From NCBI GenBank assembly GCA_963667035.1, contig OY762964.1, forward strand, positions 576,001 to 640,000: 64,000 bases of DNA, read 5' to 3'. Shown piece after piece: positions 1 to 10,387 of the stretch. Origin of the DNA: Candidatus Cloacimonadales bacterium. GTDB lineage: Bacteria; Cloacimonadota; Cloacimonadia; Cloacimonadales; JAFGVF01. Below the pieces are notes generated by a model. That model saw nothing but the letters and a program-made list of their open reading frames with translations, did no database searches and was not told the DNA's origin. A program made the translations under genes and the position numbers. How positions within the stretch are numbered: the stretch's first letter is position 1; each line of letters starts with the position of its first letter.

Positions 1-296
1 CCTTCCTGACTTTCCGGAAATGTTAGAAACAGTTCTTGAGAAACAAAGAGCCCAAGAATTGAGTCCCCTAAGAACTCCATTCTCTCAAAAGGTGATATAG
101 AACAGGCATAGGGAGCTTTCTTCCTAAAATAGGAGTTATGTGTAAAAGCACTTTTCAAAAGATTTATATCATTAAATTTATAATTAATTCTTTTCTGAAA
201 CTCAAGGAGTCTATCTTCCCATTCACTATCTTCAATTACTATTGTTTCTCTACGTGAATTGAAAATCCCTGACAGACGTTTGATAATTGTATTCAA
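1..296 (-). CDS. rnc: Ribonuclease III, N-terminal part (runs off the window start)
   Basis: Not in the ORF track. Manual translation from TTG at 296: MNTIIKRLSG...LLKSAFTHNSY...FERMEFLGDSILGLFVS. Has the RNase III ERLEFLGD-type signature, a GAGGT RBS at 301-305, and the usual position after fabF. Confidence 0.93.
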   Translation of the reverse strand, partial: MNTIIKRLSGIFNSRRETIVIEDSEWEDRLLEFQKRINYKFNDINLLKSAFTHNSYFRKKAPYACSISPFERMEFLGDSILGLFVSQELFLTFPESQE

Positions 297-337
297 TACT
301 ACCTCTGAGATGAGGGGGCGTGATGCCCCCCATAAAA

Positions 338-1573
338 TCAGTATTTACCGATAACTATTGCAGAGTTTTGTCCACCAAATCCTAGAGAATTACTTATAGC
401 ATAAGTTATTTTATGGTCTATAGATTTACCTTGTACATAATCAAGGTCACATTCCGGATCCGGATTGATAAGGTTTGCGGTTAAGTGAACTTTTTGATCA
501 TTAATTGACTTAACACAAACGATTGCTTCCATAGCTGCGGCAGCACCTAACATATGTCCAACCATTGATTTTGTTGAACTAATTTTTACTGTATAAGCAT
601 GGTCACCAAAAACACTCTTTATTGCTCTTGTTTCTGTAACATCATTTAAAGGTGTTGAGGTCCCATGTGCGTTAATATAATCAATATCTTCAGGTTTCAG
701 TCCTGCATCAGAAATAGCCATTTGCATAGCTCTGGTACTACCTTCTCCAGATTCAGTTGGAGCGGTAATATGATATGCATCTGCAGTAGCACCATATCCC
801 AAAAGTTCTGCATATATCTTTGCTCCACGAGCTTTGGCATGTTCAAGCTCTTCAAGAACAAGAACAGCTGCACCTTCAGAGATAACAAATCCGTCTCTAT
901 CTTTATCAAATGGTCTACTTGAAGTAGCAGGATCATCATTTCTGGTAGAGAGTGCTTTCATGGATGAGAAACCACCTACAGCCATTGGAGAGACAGAAGC
1001 CTCACAGCCTGTAGTTAAAACCAGGTCAGCGTCACCGTACTGAATAGAACGGAAAGCTGTTCCAATCGCATGATTAGAACTTGCACAAGCAGACACAACG
1101 TTAAAGTTGATACCTTTAAGATTGTGCTCAATTGATATGTGAGCAGATGCTATATTAGATATCATTTTTGGGATAAAAAACGGACTGATACGTCTAGGTC
1201 CTTTCAGAACCTTCTTTTCGACTTCTTCTTCAAATGTATGAATTCCACCAATTCCTGCACCGGTAATGCATCCAAATCTGTCAGGATTGTAGTCACAGTT
1301 CTTTAATCCTGAATCTTTCATTGCCTGACGAGCAGCAACTACCGCGTACTGGGCATATAAGTCTATTTTTTTTACTTCTTTAGCATCAAAATGGTCTATT
1401 GGATCATAACCGTTTATCTGGGCAGCGAATTTGACTCCAAATTTTTCGGTATCAAATCTTTCGATATTTCTTATACCTACTTTCCCGGACAAGAGGTTTG
1501 CCCATGTTTCATCAACACTATTTCCTACAGGGTTTATGGTTCCTAATCCTGTAATAACAACTCTTCTTTTCAT
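338..1573 (-). CDS. fabF: 3-oxoacyl-ACP synthase II
   Basis: RRVVITGLG start, SACASS catalytic Cys, NAHGTST, GHMLGAA, NSLGFGG. Confidence 0.97.
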   Translation of the reverse strand: MKRRVVITGLGTINPVGNSVDETWANLLSGKVGIRNIERFDTEKFGVKFAAQINGYDPIDHFDAKEVKKIDLYAQYAVVAARQAMKDSGLKNCDYNPDRFGCITGAGIGGIHTFEEEVEKKVLKGPRRISPFFIPKMISNIASAHISIEHNLKGINFNVVSACASSNHAIGTAFRSIQYGDADLVLTTGCEASVSPMAVGGFSSMKALSTRNDDPATSSRPFDKDRDGFVISEGAAVLVLEELEHAKARGAKIYAELLGYGATADAYHITAPTESGEGSTRAMQMAISDAGLKPEDIDYINAHGTSTPLNDVTETRAIKSVFGDHAYTVKISSTKSMVGHMLGAAAAMEAIVCVKSINDQKVHLTANLINPDPECDLDYVQGKSIDHKITYAISNSLGFGGQNSAIVIGKY

Positions 1574-1652
1574 AAAAACCTCTGTTCATTAATGTGTAGA
1601 AAATAAAAGGTTGCTCAAATGTTGCCATCCGAACAACCTCAAATATCTAAGA

Positions 1653-1889
1653 TTAACCGTTAAGTTTTGATGTAAGATAACTGACAGCTTGACCAACAGT
1701 GCGAAGTTTGTCCTGATCTTCTTCAGGGATTTCGATATCGAATTTGTCTTCAAACTTCATTACAAGCTCAACTGTATCTAATGAATCTGCACCTAAATCA
1801 TCGATGAAATTAGCTTCATCAGTGATTTGACTTTCATCTACGTTAAGTTCTTCCATTATGATTTTTTTTACTTCTTGTGCGATATCCAT
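1653..1889 (-). CDS. acpP: Acyl carrier protein
   Basis: [12 protein letters not shown] phosphopantetheine site, 78 aa. Confidence 0.98.
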   Translation of the reverse strand: MDIAQEVKKIIMEELNVDESQITDEANFIDDLGADSLDTVELVMKFEDKFDIEIPEEDQDKLRTVGQAVSYLTSKLNG

Positions 1890-1913
1890 TATATCCTCCT
1901 AAGTTTTATACTT

Positions 1914-2660
1914 CTAGATTATAAGGCCACCGTCAACATTGATGACTTGACCTGTTATATATTCTGCTTCATCAGAAGCAAGGAATAAACATAAATCCGC
2001 AACATTCTTCACTGAGCCCATTCTACTTAATGGTATGGCTTTTGCATATTCAGCGATAACGTTCTCACCGAGATTCTCCGTCATCTCGGTTTCAATAAAT
2101 CCCGGAGCTACTGCATTTACTCTTATACCTCTTGAGGCAAATTCTTTAGCAGTAGATTTGGTTAAAGCAATAACTCCACCTTTTGAGGCAGCGTAATTAG
2201 CCTGACCTGCATTTCCCATAACACCAATAACCGAGGCGATATTAACAATAACGCCTGATTTTTGTTTTAAAAGATAACGACTAAGCTTCTGAGTACAAAT
2301 AAAAGTTCCTTTCAGATTTACGGCAATGACTGTATCCCAATCGGATTCTTTCATTCTCATTATAAGGTTATCTTTAGTGATACCGGCGTTATTTACTAAA
2401 ATATCTATGTGACCATGTTTAGCACTTACTTCTTTGAAGATGTCTGCTATAGTATCTCCATCAGTCACATTGGCAGCATATCCTTCAGCTTTGTAACCTA
2501 AATCGGTTAACTTCTTAACTGCTTCATCAATAGATTCTTGCATCAAATCAAGAATAACTATTAAAGCACCTTCTTCAGCAAAGCGTTGTGCTATTCCAAA
2601 GCCTATGCCACGAGCACTTCCGGTTATTACTGCTACTTTATCTTTTAATCTATTCTGCAT
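1914..2660 (-). CDS. fabG: 3-oxoacyl-ACP reductase
   Basis: TGSARGIG, NNAGITKD, YAASK SDR motifs; fab operon context. Confidence 0.96.
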   Translation of the reverse strand: MQNRLKDKVAVITGSARGIGFGIAQRFAEEGALIVILDLMQESIDEAVKKLTDLGYKAEGYAANVTDGDTIADIFKEVSAKHGHIDILVNNAGITKDNLIMRMKESDWDTVIAVNLKGTFICTQKLSRYLLKQKSGVIVNIASVIGVMGNAGQANYAASKGGVIALTKSTAKEFASRGIRVNAVAPGFIETEMTENLGENVIAEYAKAIPLSRMGSVKNVADLCLFLASDEAEYITGQVINVDGGLII

Positions 2661-3606
2661 TGTTTAATCCTTCTAAAACTGTGTCTATATCTGAAAGTTT
2701 ATCAACGTTATAAACAATTGCATTCCTGTCTATTTTTTTTATCATACCACTAAGAACTTTGTTAGGTCCAAACTCAATAAATACTTTAACACCTTCGTTA
2801 ACCATGCGAGTTACACAATCTACCCACAGTACAGAAGATGTTACTTGTTTTGTTAAGTTATCAACAATTTTCATTGGGTCGGTTGCCGGTAAGGCATCCA
2901 CATTTGATACTACCGGAATATCGGTTGTATTGAATTGCATCTTAGTCATTTCTTCATTTAACCAGATACCGGCTTTCTCAATTAGCGGAGAGTGGAAAGG
3001 ACCACCGACAACTAACGGAACAGCTCTTTTAGCTCCATTAGCTTTACATATCTCTGCAGCTTTTTTTACACCTGCTTCACTACCTGATATAACGGTTTGT
3101 ACCGGAGTATTAAAGTTAGCAGCTATTACTATCCCTTCACTTTGGGCTTCTTCACAGGCATTTTTTACACCTTCGGAGTCCATACCGATAATTGCATACA
3201 TTGCATAGGGCTGATCTCCGTTAGCATCAATCATGAATTGTCCTCTTTTATGAACAAGGTGTAATGCATCTTCAACCGATAAAACACCATTTGCAACTAA
3301 TGCTGAGAACTCACCTAATGAATGACCTGCAACGAAACCGGGTGTTATACCGCTTTTCTCTATGAAACTTTTCCAAGCACAGTAGCTATGAAATAAAATA
3401 GCAGGTTGTGTATATTTTGTTTCTTTTAATTCGCTTTCAGGACCTTCAGCCATTATAGTAGCTAGTGTTGTTTCATGATTTGCATCAAAACTAGTTAAAA
3501 TTTCTTGCAGTTCGGGATTTGCTTCTATAAAATCTGAAGCCATTCCAATATATTGAGCACCTTGTCCAGGAAAGACAAAAGCTATTTCTTCATTTGAAAG
3601 GTTCAT
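2650..3606 (-). CDS. fabD: Malonyl-CoA:ACP transacylase
   Basis: FPGQGAQ, GHSLGE, GPFHS. Confidence 0.97.
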   Translation of the reverse strand: MNLSNEEIAFVFPGQGAQYIGMASDFIEANPELQEILTSFDANHETTLATIMAEGPESELKETKYTQPAILFHSYCAWKSFIEKSGITPGFVAGHSLGEFSALVANGVLSVEDALHLVHKRGQFMIDANGDQPYAMYAIIGMDSEGVKNACEEAQSEGIVIAANFNTPVQTVISGSEAGVKKAAEICKANGAKRAVPLVVGGPFHSPLIEKAGIWLNEEMTKMQFNTTDIPVVSNVDALPATDPMKIVDNLTKQVTSSVLWVDCVTRMVNEGVKVFIEFGPNKVLSGMIKKIDRNAIVYNVDKLSDIDTVLEGLNNAE

Positions 3607-3615
3607 TTTTACTCC

Positions 3616-4611
3616 TTAATATCTAAAGAGAACACTACCCCAAGTTAATCCGGCTCCGAAGGAAACAATGTGAATTACATCTCCACGTCTTATCTTTCCC
3701 TCTTCAATTGCTTCGGAAATTGCAATAGGAATAGTAGCGGATGAAGTATTTGCATATTTTTCAATATTAACAATTACTTTATCCTTATTTATCTTCATTT
3801 TATTACCTAGACTTTCAATAATTCTCATGTTTGCCTGATGAGGAACTAACCAATCAAGATCATTGAAGTCCATGTTATTGCGTTTTATTATATTCTCACT
3901 CGTTGAATACATTGATTTAACAGCCAATTTGAAAACTCGATTACCTTGCATTGAAACGGTATGCTTGTTTTCTCTTACAGTTTCTTCAGTTGCAGGTAAT
4001 CTTGAACCACCGGCTTCCTGAACCAATAACTCATGATAGTTACCATCAGCAAGAATCTCAGAATCGATAATCTTGGAAGTTTCATTACTCTGAGCTCTGG
4101 AGATAATGGCTGCACCGGCTCCGTCACCGAAAAGAACACAAGTGTTTCTATCTTTCCAGTTTAGGATTTTTGAGAGTATTTCTACTCCAATAACTAGTAC
4201 ATTCTGCTTTGTTCCGTTCTCCACGAATTGTCTGGCAATATCGGATGCATAGATGAATCCGGGGCATCCTGCCGAGATATCAAAAGCCGGTATCCCTTTC
4301 AACCCGAGATTGTTCTGTACAAAACAAGCTGTTGATGGGAAGGCATGATCGGGAGATATTGTTCCACAGATTATTAAATCTATGTCCTTATACTTAATAT
4401 TTGAGTTTTCGATACAGTTTTGGGCTGCTTTTGTTGCCAAGTCACTTGCTGCCTGCTCAGGAGCTGCAATTCTCCTTTCAAACATTCCTGTTCTAGTTCT
4501 GATCCATTCGTCACTTGTATCAACTATTTTCTCAAGATCGTAGTTGTTTAAGATTTTCTCAGGAACATAACGTCCGAACGCAGTATACTTTGCTTTGTAT
4601 TTCATATTCAC
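3616..4611 (-). CDS. fabH: 3-oxoacyl-ACP synthase III
   Basis: DTSDEWIRTRTG, AGCPGF, PHQAN, ANTSSA. Confidence 0.96.
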   Translation of the reverse strand: MNMKYKAKYTAFGRYVPEKILNNYDLEKIVDTSDEWIRTRTGMFERRIAAPEQAASDLATKAAQNCIENSNIKYKDIDLIICGTISPDHAFPSTACFVQNNLGLKGIPAFDISAGCPGFIYASDIARQFVENGTKQNVLVIGVEILSKILNWKDRNTCVLFGDGAGAAIISRAQSNETSKIIDSEILADGNYHELLVQEAGGSRLPATEETVRENKHTVSMQGNRVFKLAVKSMYSTSENIIKRNNMDFNDLDWLVPHQANMRIIESLGNKMKINKDKVIVNIEKYANTSSATIPIAISEAIEEGKIRRGDVIHIVSFGAGLTWGSVLFRY

Positions 4612-5603
4612 TGCCTTTCAAAATAATCGATAGAATGCTTAACGAAACCTGAATTTACTATTCTGGTTGCATATTTTATCGCATTCTTAATTGACAAGGC
4701 GTTTGAACTGCCATGTCCGATTATCGTTATACCTCTTACTCCAACAAGGAGTGAACCACCGTATTCCGTGTGGTCTAATCGTTTTTTTAGATATGCATAA
4801 GCGGGGAAAGAAAGCAATGCACCTATCTTTGCTATCCAGTCTTTAGCAATCTGTTCTTTTATTATTTTGAGTACAGATAACACTGAACCTTCAAATGTCT
4901 TTAGCATTACATTTCCAACAAATCCATCACATACAATTACATCCGTTCCACCCTGAAGCAGATATTTACCTTCTATGTTTCCATGAAAGTTTATCCTTTC
5001 CTCATTGGATAGTAGCTCGTATGTCCGCTTAACAAGATCATTTCCTTTCTCAGCTTCTTCTCCTATATTGAGTAATGATACTCGAGGAGATTTAGTGTGA
5101 AAGAAATACTGACTATATAAGGTTCCTAAAAGGGCAAATTGCTGAAGATGCTCAGGGGCACAATCAACGTTAGCTCCCACATCCAGTAAAATGACAGGGT
5201 TTTCAGTAGTTGGAAATACAACTGCTAAAGCAGGGCGCATAATGTTTTTTATACGCTTATATGCGAATAGAGATGCACTCATAACCGCACCGGTATTGCC
5301 GGCACTTACAGCTGCATCTGCAATCCCTTCTTTATGTAATTCTACTGTACGAACCAGAGAAGAGTCTTTTTTCTTTCTGACAGAGCTTGCCGCTTTGTCA
5401 CTCATCTCGATTCGCTCTGATGCCGGAATTATCTCAATTCTGGACTTATCATAAAAATACTTTTCCAACTCTTTGGCTAATACTTCTTCCTTACCAACTA
5501 GGAATATCTTATCACAAATATTCTCCCTAATAGCAAGAACCGCACCCTCCACTTCAGGATAAGGTGCGTGATCACTGCCAAATGCGTCTAAAGCTATTTG
5601 CAT
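4608..5603 (-). CDS. plsX: Phosphate acyltransferase PlsX
   Basis: IALDAFGSDHAP, SAGNTGA, LDVGAN, DGFVGN, GHGSS. Confidence 0.96.
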   Translation of the reverse strand: MQIALDAFGSDHAPYPEVEGAVLAIRENICDKIFLVGKEEVLAKELEKYFYDKSRIEIIPASERIEMSDKAASSVRKKKDSSLVRTVELHKEGIADAAVSAGNTGAVMSASLFAYKRIKNIMRPALAVVFPTTENPVILLDVGANVDCAPEHLQQFALLGTLYSQYFFHTKSPRVSLLNIGEEAEKGNDLVKRTYELLSNEERINFHGNIEGKYLLQGGTDVIVCDGFVGNVMLKTFEGSVLSVLKIIKEQIAKDWIAKIGALLSFPAYAYLKKRLDHTEYGGSLLVGVRGITIIGHGSSNALSIKNAIKYATRIVNSGFVKHSIDYFERQ

Positions 5604-5605
5604 CC

Positions 5606-5791
5606 TTATTTTTCACTCTTTATCTCAATTACCTGCTTTCCTTTATAAAATCCGCATGCTTTACAAACATTATGTGGTTTGAATGCTTCTCCACAATTTG
5701 GACATATACTGAAGGCAGGAGCTGAAATCTTATAGTGAGTACGCCTTTTATCTCTACGTGTCTTAGATGTTTTCCGTTTAGGTACTGGCAT
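5606..5791 (-). CDS. rpmF: 50S ribosomal protein L32 (Zn-ribbon type)
   Basis: [23 protein letters not shown]...CKAC. Confidence 0.97.
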   Translation of the reverse strand: MPVPKRKTSKTRRDKRRTHYKISAPAFSICPNCGEAFKPHNVCKACGFYKGKQVIEIKSEK

Positions 5792-6144
5792 GATGTCTCC
5801 TTATTTATATCTTACTTATCTATCTTACTCATTAAAGACAATTTCAGCACAAATTATTTTGACCGTCCCATGTGTCAAGAACTTTAAATAAGTACTTCTC
5901 TCGAATACTATTAGAACTTTTCTGTCACTAATAGGACAATCCTATGACATTTAAGACAAAATATTATGTAGGATATATATTCACTACTATGTTTCAACTA
6001 TTTCTCTGTTAAATGAAACAAATTCATTATTGACGTCAAGAGTTTTTCCATTCAATTTCCATAGCTTTATCACTGAGCTCTATCATTCATAGTTTTTTAC
6101 TATGCCTTTATTCTGCAATAAACAATAGATTTCTCTTATTACTA

Positions 6145-7050
6145 CTAGAGTTTTTTAAATCCTGTACCTAATGTCTCGTGAACATCACTTATCGTTACAA
6201 AGGCTTTAGTATCTATATTTTTAAGGATGCTTTTAACTTTAGGAATTTCTCTTCTATTGATTACAGTATATACAATTTCTTTTTTGCTCTCACTAAATGA
6301 GCCCTTTCCATAGAATATAGTGCAACCTCGATGAAGTTCTGTCATTATTGATTTTCTTACGGGTGTAGATTTATCAGTAACAATCATTACTCCTTTAGAA
6401 TAAGAAAAGCCTTCTAATACTAGATCACATATTTTTGAGCTAACAACTAATGAAAGCAAACCCCAAAAAAATAAATTTGGATTCTTAAAAATTGTCCCTA
6501 TTACAAATATAATGAAAGTATCTATGATTAAATATGAGTTTCCTATAGTAAATCCAAAATACTTTCTCATCAGTAATGCAGGAATATCTGTTCCCCCAGT
6601 TGATCCGTTGAATTTTATAACCAAACCAAACCCAGCGCCGACTATAACAGAACCGGCCATTATAGCCAGAAAAGGTTCATTAGAAAGAGACCATGCTCTA
6701 TCATTGATTTTAAAAAGATAATCCCTTAGAAAAAATACCTTTATCATGTTTCTTGAGGAGAAAAAATCCGTAAAAAAAGTCAACGAAAACATTCCTACTA
6801 TTGTTTTAATTCCAAATTGTTTACCAAAAGCAATCAACCCAACAATAAACAGGGGAATATTTATCATTAACATACTTATCCCTGCTGGAAACTGAAATAA
6901 ATAATAAAAGATTTGAGCTATACCACCAACTCCACCTGGTGATGATTTATAAGGTATAAGAAACAGAGAAAAGCCGATTCCGCAAAGAATAGTTCCAATT
7001 ATAATGCCAATTGCATCTTTAATAAAACCAAAGTTAATTTTCACAAGCAC
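6145..7050 (-). CDS. YitT family membrane protein (DUF161/DUF2179)
   Basis: GGVGG, NIPLF, GSTGGTD motifs; C-terminal IDTKAFVTI; multiple hydrophobic helices. Confidence 0.88.
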   Translation of the reverse strand: MLVKINFGFIKDAIGIIIGTILCGIGFSLFLIPYKSSPGGVGGIAQIFYYLFQFPAGISMLMINIPLFIVGLIAFGKQFGIKTIVGMFSLTFFTDFFSSRNMIKVFFLRDYLFKINDRAWSLSNEPFLAIMAGSVIVGAGFGLVIKFNGSTGGTDIPALLMRKYFGFTIGNSYLIIDTFIIFVIGTIFKNPNLFFWGLLSLVVSSKICDLVLEGFSYSKGVMIVTDKSTPVRKSIMTELHRGCTIFYGKGSFSESKKEIVYTVINRREIPKVKSILKNIDTKAFVTISDVHETLGTGFKKL

Positions 7051-7137
7051 CTCTTGCTTTTTAAAAGTAAAATGTTTAATAGTAATAATAAACTAAGAAT
7101 GTTGAAATATCTATTTGCTAACACTTGATTCAAAAAA

Positions 7138-7323
7138 TCAAAGTTTATCAATCAACATCTGTTTTTGAGCTTTAGCTTTTTTCTCAGAATCAAACTTATA
7201 GGATAATATTTTGTTATCTTTCGTTACTACATCAAAAACATAAAGCCATCCTGTGTGATAAAAGACTTCATATATCTCTGAGACATTGACAATTTTTCCT
7301 ATATCTATGTTTTCAATCTTCAT
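7138..7323 (-). CDS. Small hypothetical protein, translationally coupled to the EamA gene
   Basis: 61 aa; ATG 7323-7321 overlaps the upstream TGA (ATGA). Confidence 0.65.
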   Translation of the reverse strand: MKIENIDIGKIVNVSEIYEVFYHTGWLYVFDVVTKDNKILSYKFDSEKKAKAQKQMLIDKL

Positions 7324-8234
7324 TGTTTATTCCTCACTGAAAGTCTTTTTTTTATCATAACTGTTTTTTTTACAATAGTCTCTATATTTATACCCATTAT
7401 GACTAATGCGATTCCCAAGAATTGACCAATATATATAGTCTCATGAAACATAATAAAAGCCAGTATTGAAACTATTACAGGTTTTAGAAAAAAGAGTATA
7501 GCTCCGGTAGTAGTTGGAACACTCTTCAATCCTTCAAAATATGAAAGATAAGCTAAACCAGAGACAAAAATCCCTAAGTAAACTATTGTAATTACATTAA
7601 ACCATGTAATCTCAAATGTAACATCTACTTTCGAGATTAATGCTATCATACCTAAAACTATGCTACCTATTATAAATGAGATAGTATTGGTAACGACATT
7701 ACCGTGTTTTTTTACATTCTTTTTTGAGAGTATAGTATATAGTCCAAATGAGAAAGAAGCTACACAACCGAATATAATCCCTAATAAAGGATTAAGAGCT
7801 TTACTTTCCTGGAAAGACTCATATCCAATAATTGTAATTACACCAATAATTCCAACTATGATTCCAATTATTTTAACAAATGATAAACTCTCTTTCAATA
7901 TGTATTTAGCTAGTATTGCTACAAACACAGGATTTGCACTTATAAGAATTGCACTTAATGATGCCTCTCCATAGTAAACAGCTAATTGTAAAGATAGCAT
8001 TGATATGACAATATTGATTATGCCAAGAAGAGATAAGGAGAACATATCTTTAAAACTGAGCGTTGCTTCCTTGTTTATTATTTTTTTTAAACAAAGAGGT
8101 AGCATTATGATACCTCCAAGCATAAATCTATAAATAGTAATTCCAATTGGAGAAATGCTATCTCCCAAAAGTTTGCTTGTTAACTCCAATGTAGAGAATA
8201 GGAACACAGCAACTAGAATAAATAAGTAACTCAT
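7320..8234 (-). CDS. EamA/DMT family transporter
   Basis: About 10 TM helices in two repeats, with YRFMLGG, ANPVFV, LKESL and FHETI motifs. Start moved to ATG 8234, which overlaps the upstream TAA (TAATG). Confidence 0.9.
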   Translation of the reverse strand: MSYLFILVAVFLFSTLELTSKLLGDSISPIGITIYRFMLGGIIMLPLCLKKIINKEATLSFKDMFSLSLLGIINIVISMLSLQLAVYYGEASLSAILISANPVFVAILAKYILKESLSFVKIIGIIVGIIGVITIIGYESFQESKALNPLLGIIFGCVASFSFGLYTILSKKNVKKHGNVVTNTISFIIGSIVLGMIALISKVDVTFEITWFNVITIVYLGIFVSGLAYLSYFEGLKSVPTTTGAILFFLKPVIVSILAFIMFHETIYIGQFLGIALVIMGINIETIVKKTVMIKKRLSVRNKQ

Positions 8235-10252
8235 TAACAATTCTCCAACTGATTTATAATCTTGTATATATCTGAAGGTAACTCAGCTATCATGCACCCT
8301 GCATTCTTGAGTATTTCTTTTTTATACTGTACTGTCGATTTCTCACTATTAATGATTGCACCTGCATGTCCCATTTTGGAACCTTTAGGAGCAGAATCTC
8401 CTGCAAAAAAAGCAATTAAAGGTTTTGTTTTGTTAATTGATTTTATCAGATTTGCTAATTTTTCTTCCTCCTCTCCACCACCTATCTCTCCTATATAGAC
8501 TATATAATCACTCTCTTTAGAATTTAATAGGAATGTAACTGTATCAATCACAGAGGTTCCTGATATTGGATCACCACCTAATCCGATAGCAGTTGAAACT
8601 CCTTTAGTATTATTACTGATCTCATTTGCAATTTCATAGAGTAGTGTTCCGCTTTTTGACATTATTGCAACATTTCCCTTTTTAAGAATCTTACCAGGAA
8701 TGATACCTAGATTCGCTTCATTTACTCGTATTATCCCAGGACAATTAGGTCCTATAATCCTAGCACCTTTTTCATACGCATAATGAACCATTTCCATAGT
8801 ATCATGAATAGGCACATGTTCTGTAATTATAACTATCAAATTTACTCCAGCGTCAATTGCTTCAATAGTTGCGGATTTTACATGAGGAGCGGGAACAAAC
8901 AATACAGTTGCATCAACATGAGTGTTTGCAGTAACTTCTTTTACTGAGTTATAAATTGTAACACCATGTATTGTTTCCCCTCCACGACCAGGAGTAACAC
9001 CAGCTACTATCTTAGTACCATATTCTAGCATTTTTTTTGCATGATATGAGCCATATTTCCCTGAAATGCCTTGCACAATTACTTTAGAATCTCTGGATAC
9101 AAAGAATTGAGAATCATGCTTTTGCGATATTTCTACTGCCTTGCGGGCTGCTCTTTCCATACTATTATAAGCAAAGATACCATTTTCTTTAAGCATTGAA
9201 ATTGCTATATCAGAATTGTTTCCCATCATTCTTATAATCATCGGTAGTGAGTTTATATTCGTAGAGCGATACTCTATAATTGCTTCAGCAATCTTGTCAC
9301 AAAATGTTATTCCTCCAAAAATATTTACGAAGATACAATTGATTTTACTATTAGAGTTTAACAGTTTAAGAGCGTTTAAAGTAATTTCTTTAGTTGCTCC
9401 ACCACCTAAATCCAAGAAATTAGCAGGTGTACCGTTAAATTTTTTTATCATATCCATTGAAGCCATTACTATACCTGCTCCACATCCCATTATCCCAATA
9501 CTTCCGTCTAGTTCAAGATAATGTGAACCGAAATGATTCGAACCATCAAAATACAATTGATTCATTGAAAGATTCTCTAGTTCGGCAAAAAGTTCTTCAT
9601 GTCTAAACTTTGCTGATTCATCTATATCTATAACACAATCAAGGCAAATTGGTGTATCTTCTTTATCAAATACAAATGGATTGATTTCTAAAAGAGTGGC
9701 ATCGATAGATAAGAATACTTGCTTTATCAATACTGCAAACTCAATAAATTTGTTTAACTTTTTTTTATTGGGGAAGAAACAAAATGTGTTATCCATTAAT
9801 TGTCTTTTAAACACTTCATTTTTTATACTTACTTGTAAAGTAATTATGCTTTCAGGATTATCTGATGCTACTTTTTCAATATCAACACCACCAAAAGGAG
9901 AGAAAATTGCAGTTAAGCTCTTCGAAGCTCTGTCAATTAACATACAAAAATAATACTCTTGCTCTATATTAATAGACTCTTCAACTAATATGCCTACAGA
10001 TCTTTCACCTTTAAACTCTTGGTTTATAATCCAATTACACATTTCTTCAAACTTTGATGTATCATCTAGTAATTGAACTAGATTTGCTTTACCTCTTCCT
10101 CCTGCTAGAACTTGACTCTTGAGTACTACTGGGAAACTAAAAGGGATTTTTGAATAATCAAACAGCTCCCCTTCTTTAAAGAAGTGATTTCGAGGAATAG
10201 TTAAATTGTGCTCTTCTAGAATTTTTTTTGATTGGAATTCATGAATCTTCAT
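8234..10252 (-). CDS. Fused succinyl-CoA synthetase-like protein (beta/SucC N-terminal + alpha/SucD C-terminal)
   Basis: SucC motifs (MKIHEFQSK, KSQVLAGGRGKA, EINP, PANFLDLGGG, NIFGG) followed in frame by SucD motifs (VIVQGISG, GVTPGRGG, ITEHVP, IIGPNCPG, SKSGTL, GEIGG, MGHAGA phospho-His). Confidence 0.92.
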   Translation of the reverse strand: MKIHEFQSKKILEEHNLTIPRNHFFKEGELFDYSKIPFSFPVVLKSQVLAGGRGKANLVQLLDDTSKFEEMCNWIINQEFKGERSVGILVEESINIEQEYYFCMLIDRASKSLTAIFSPFGGVDIEKVASDNPESIITLQVSIKNEVFKRQLMDNTFCFFPNKKKLNKFIEFAVLIKQVFLSIDATLLEINPFVFDKEDTPICLDCVIDIDESAKFRHEELFAELENLSMNQLYFDGSNHFGSHYLELDGSIGIMGCGAGIVMASMDMIKKFNGTPANFLDLGGGATKEITLNALKLLNSNSKINCIFVNIFGGITFCDKIAEAIIEYRSTNINSLPMIIRMMGNNSDIAISMLKENGIFAYNSMERAARKAVEISQKHDSQFFVSRDSKVIVQGISGKYGSYHAKKMLEYGTKIVAGVTPGRGGETIHGVTIYNSVKEVTANTHVDATVLFVPAPHVKSATIEAIDAGVNLIVIITEHVPIHDTMEMVHYAYEKGARIIGPNCPGIIRVNEANLGIIPGKILKKGNVAIMSKSGTLLYEIANEISNNTKGVSTAIGLGGDPISGTSVIDTVTFLLNSKESDYIVYIGEIGGGEEEEKLANLIKSINKTKPLIAFFAGDSAPKGSKMGHAGAIINSEKSTVQYKKEILKNAGCMIAELPSDIYKIINQLENC

Positions 10253-10258
10253 TATTAT

Positions 10259-10281
10259 CTCCTTAATTTCATATTAAGGAG
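10259..10281 (-). promoter_or_regulatory. SD-sequestering hairpin (riboswitch expression platform)
   Basis: Minus strand CTCCTTAAT-atgaa-ATTAAGGAG-ataata-ATG: a perfect 9-bp stem whose 3' arm contains the AAGGAG RBS of the SucCD fusion. Confidence 0.75.
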
Positions 10282-10387
10282 GGTTAGAGTAACCTATGTG
10301 AATAGTAATAGAGAAGTATTACCCCTTATCCACAAGCGTCATACACTTTCCCTCCGAAAGTAATTCCGTACAGATTTAAATCTGTAT

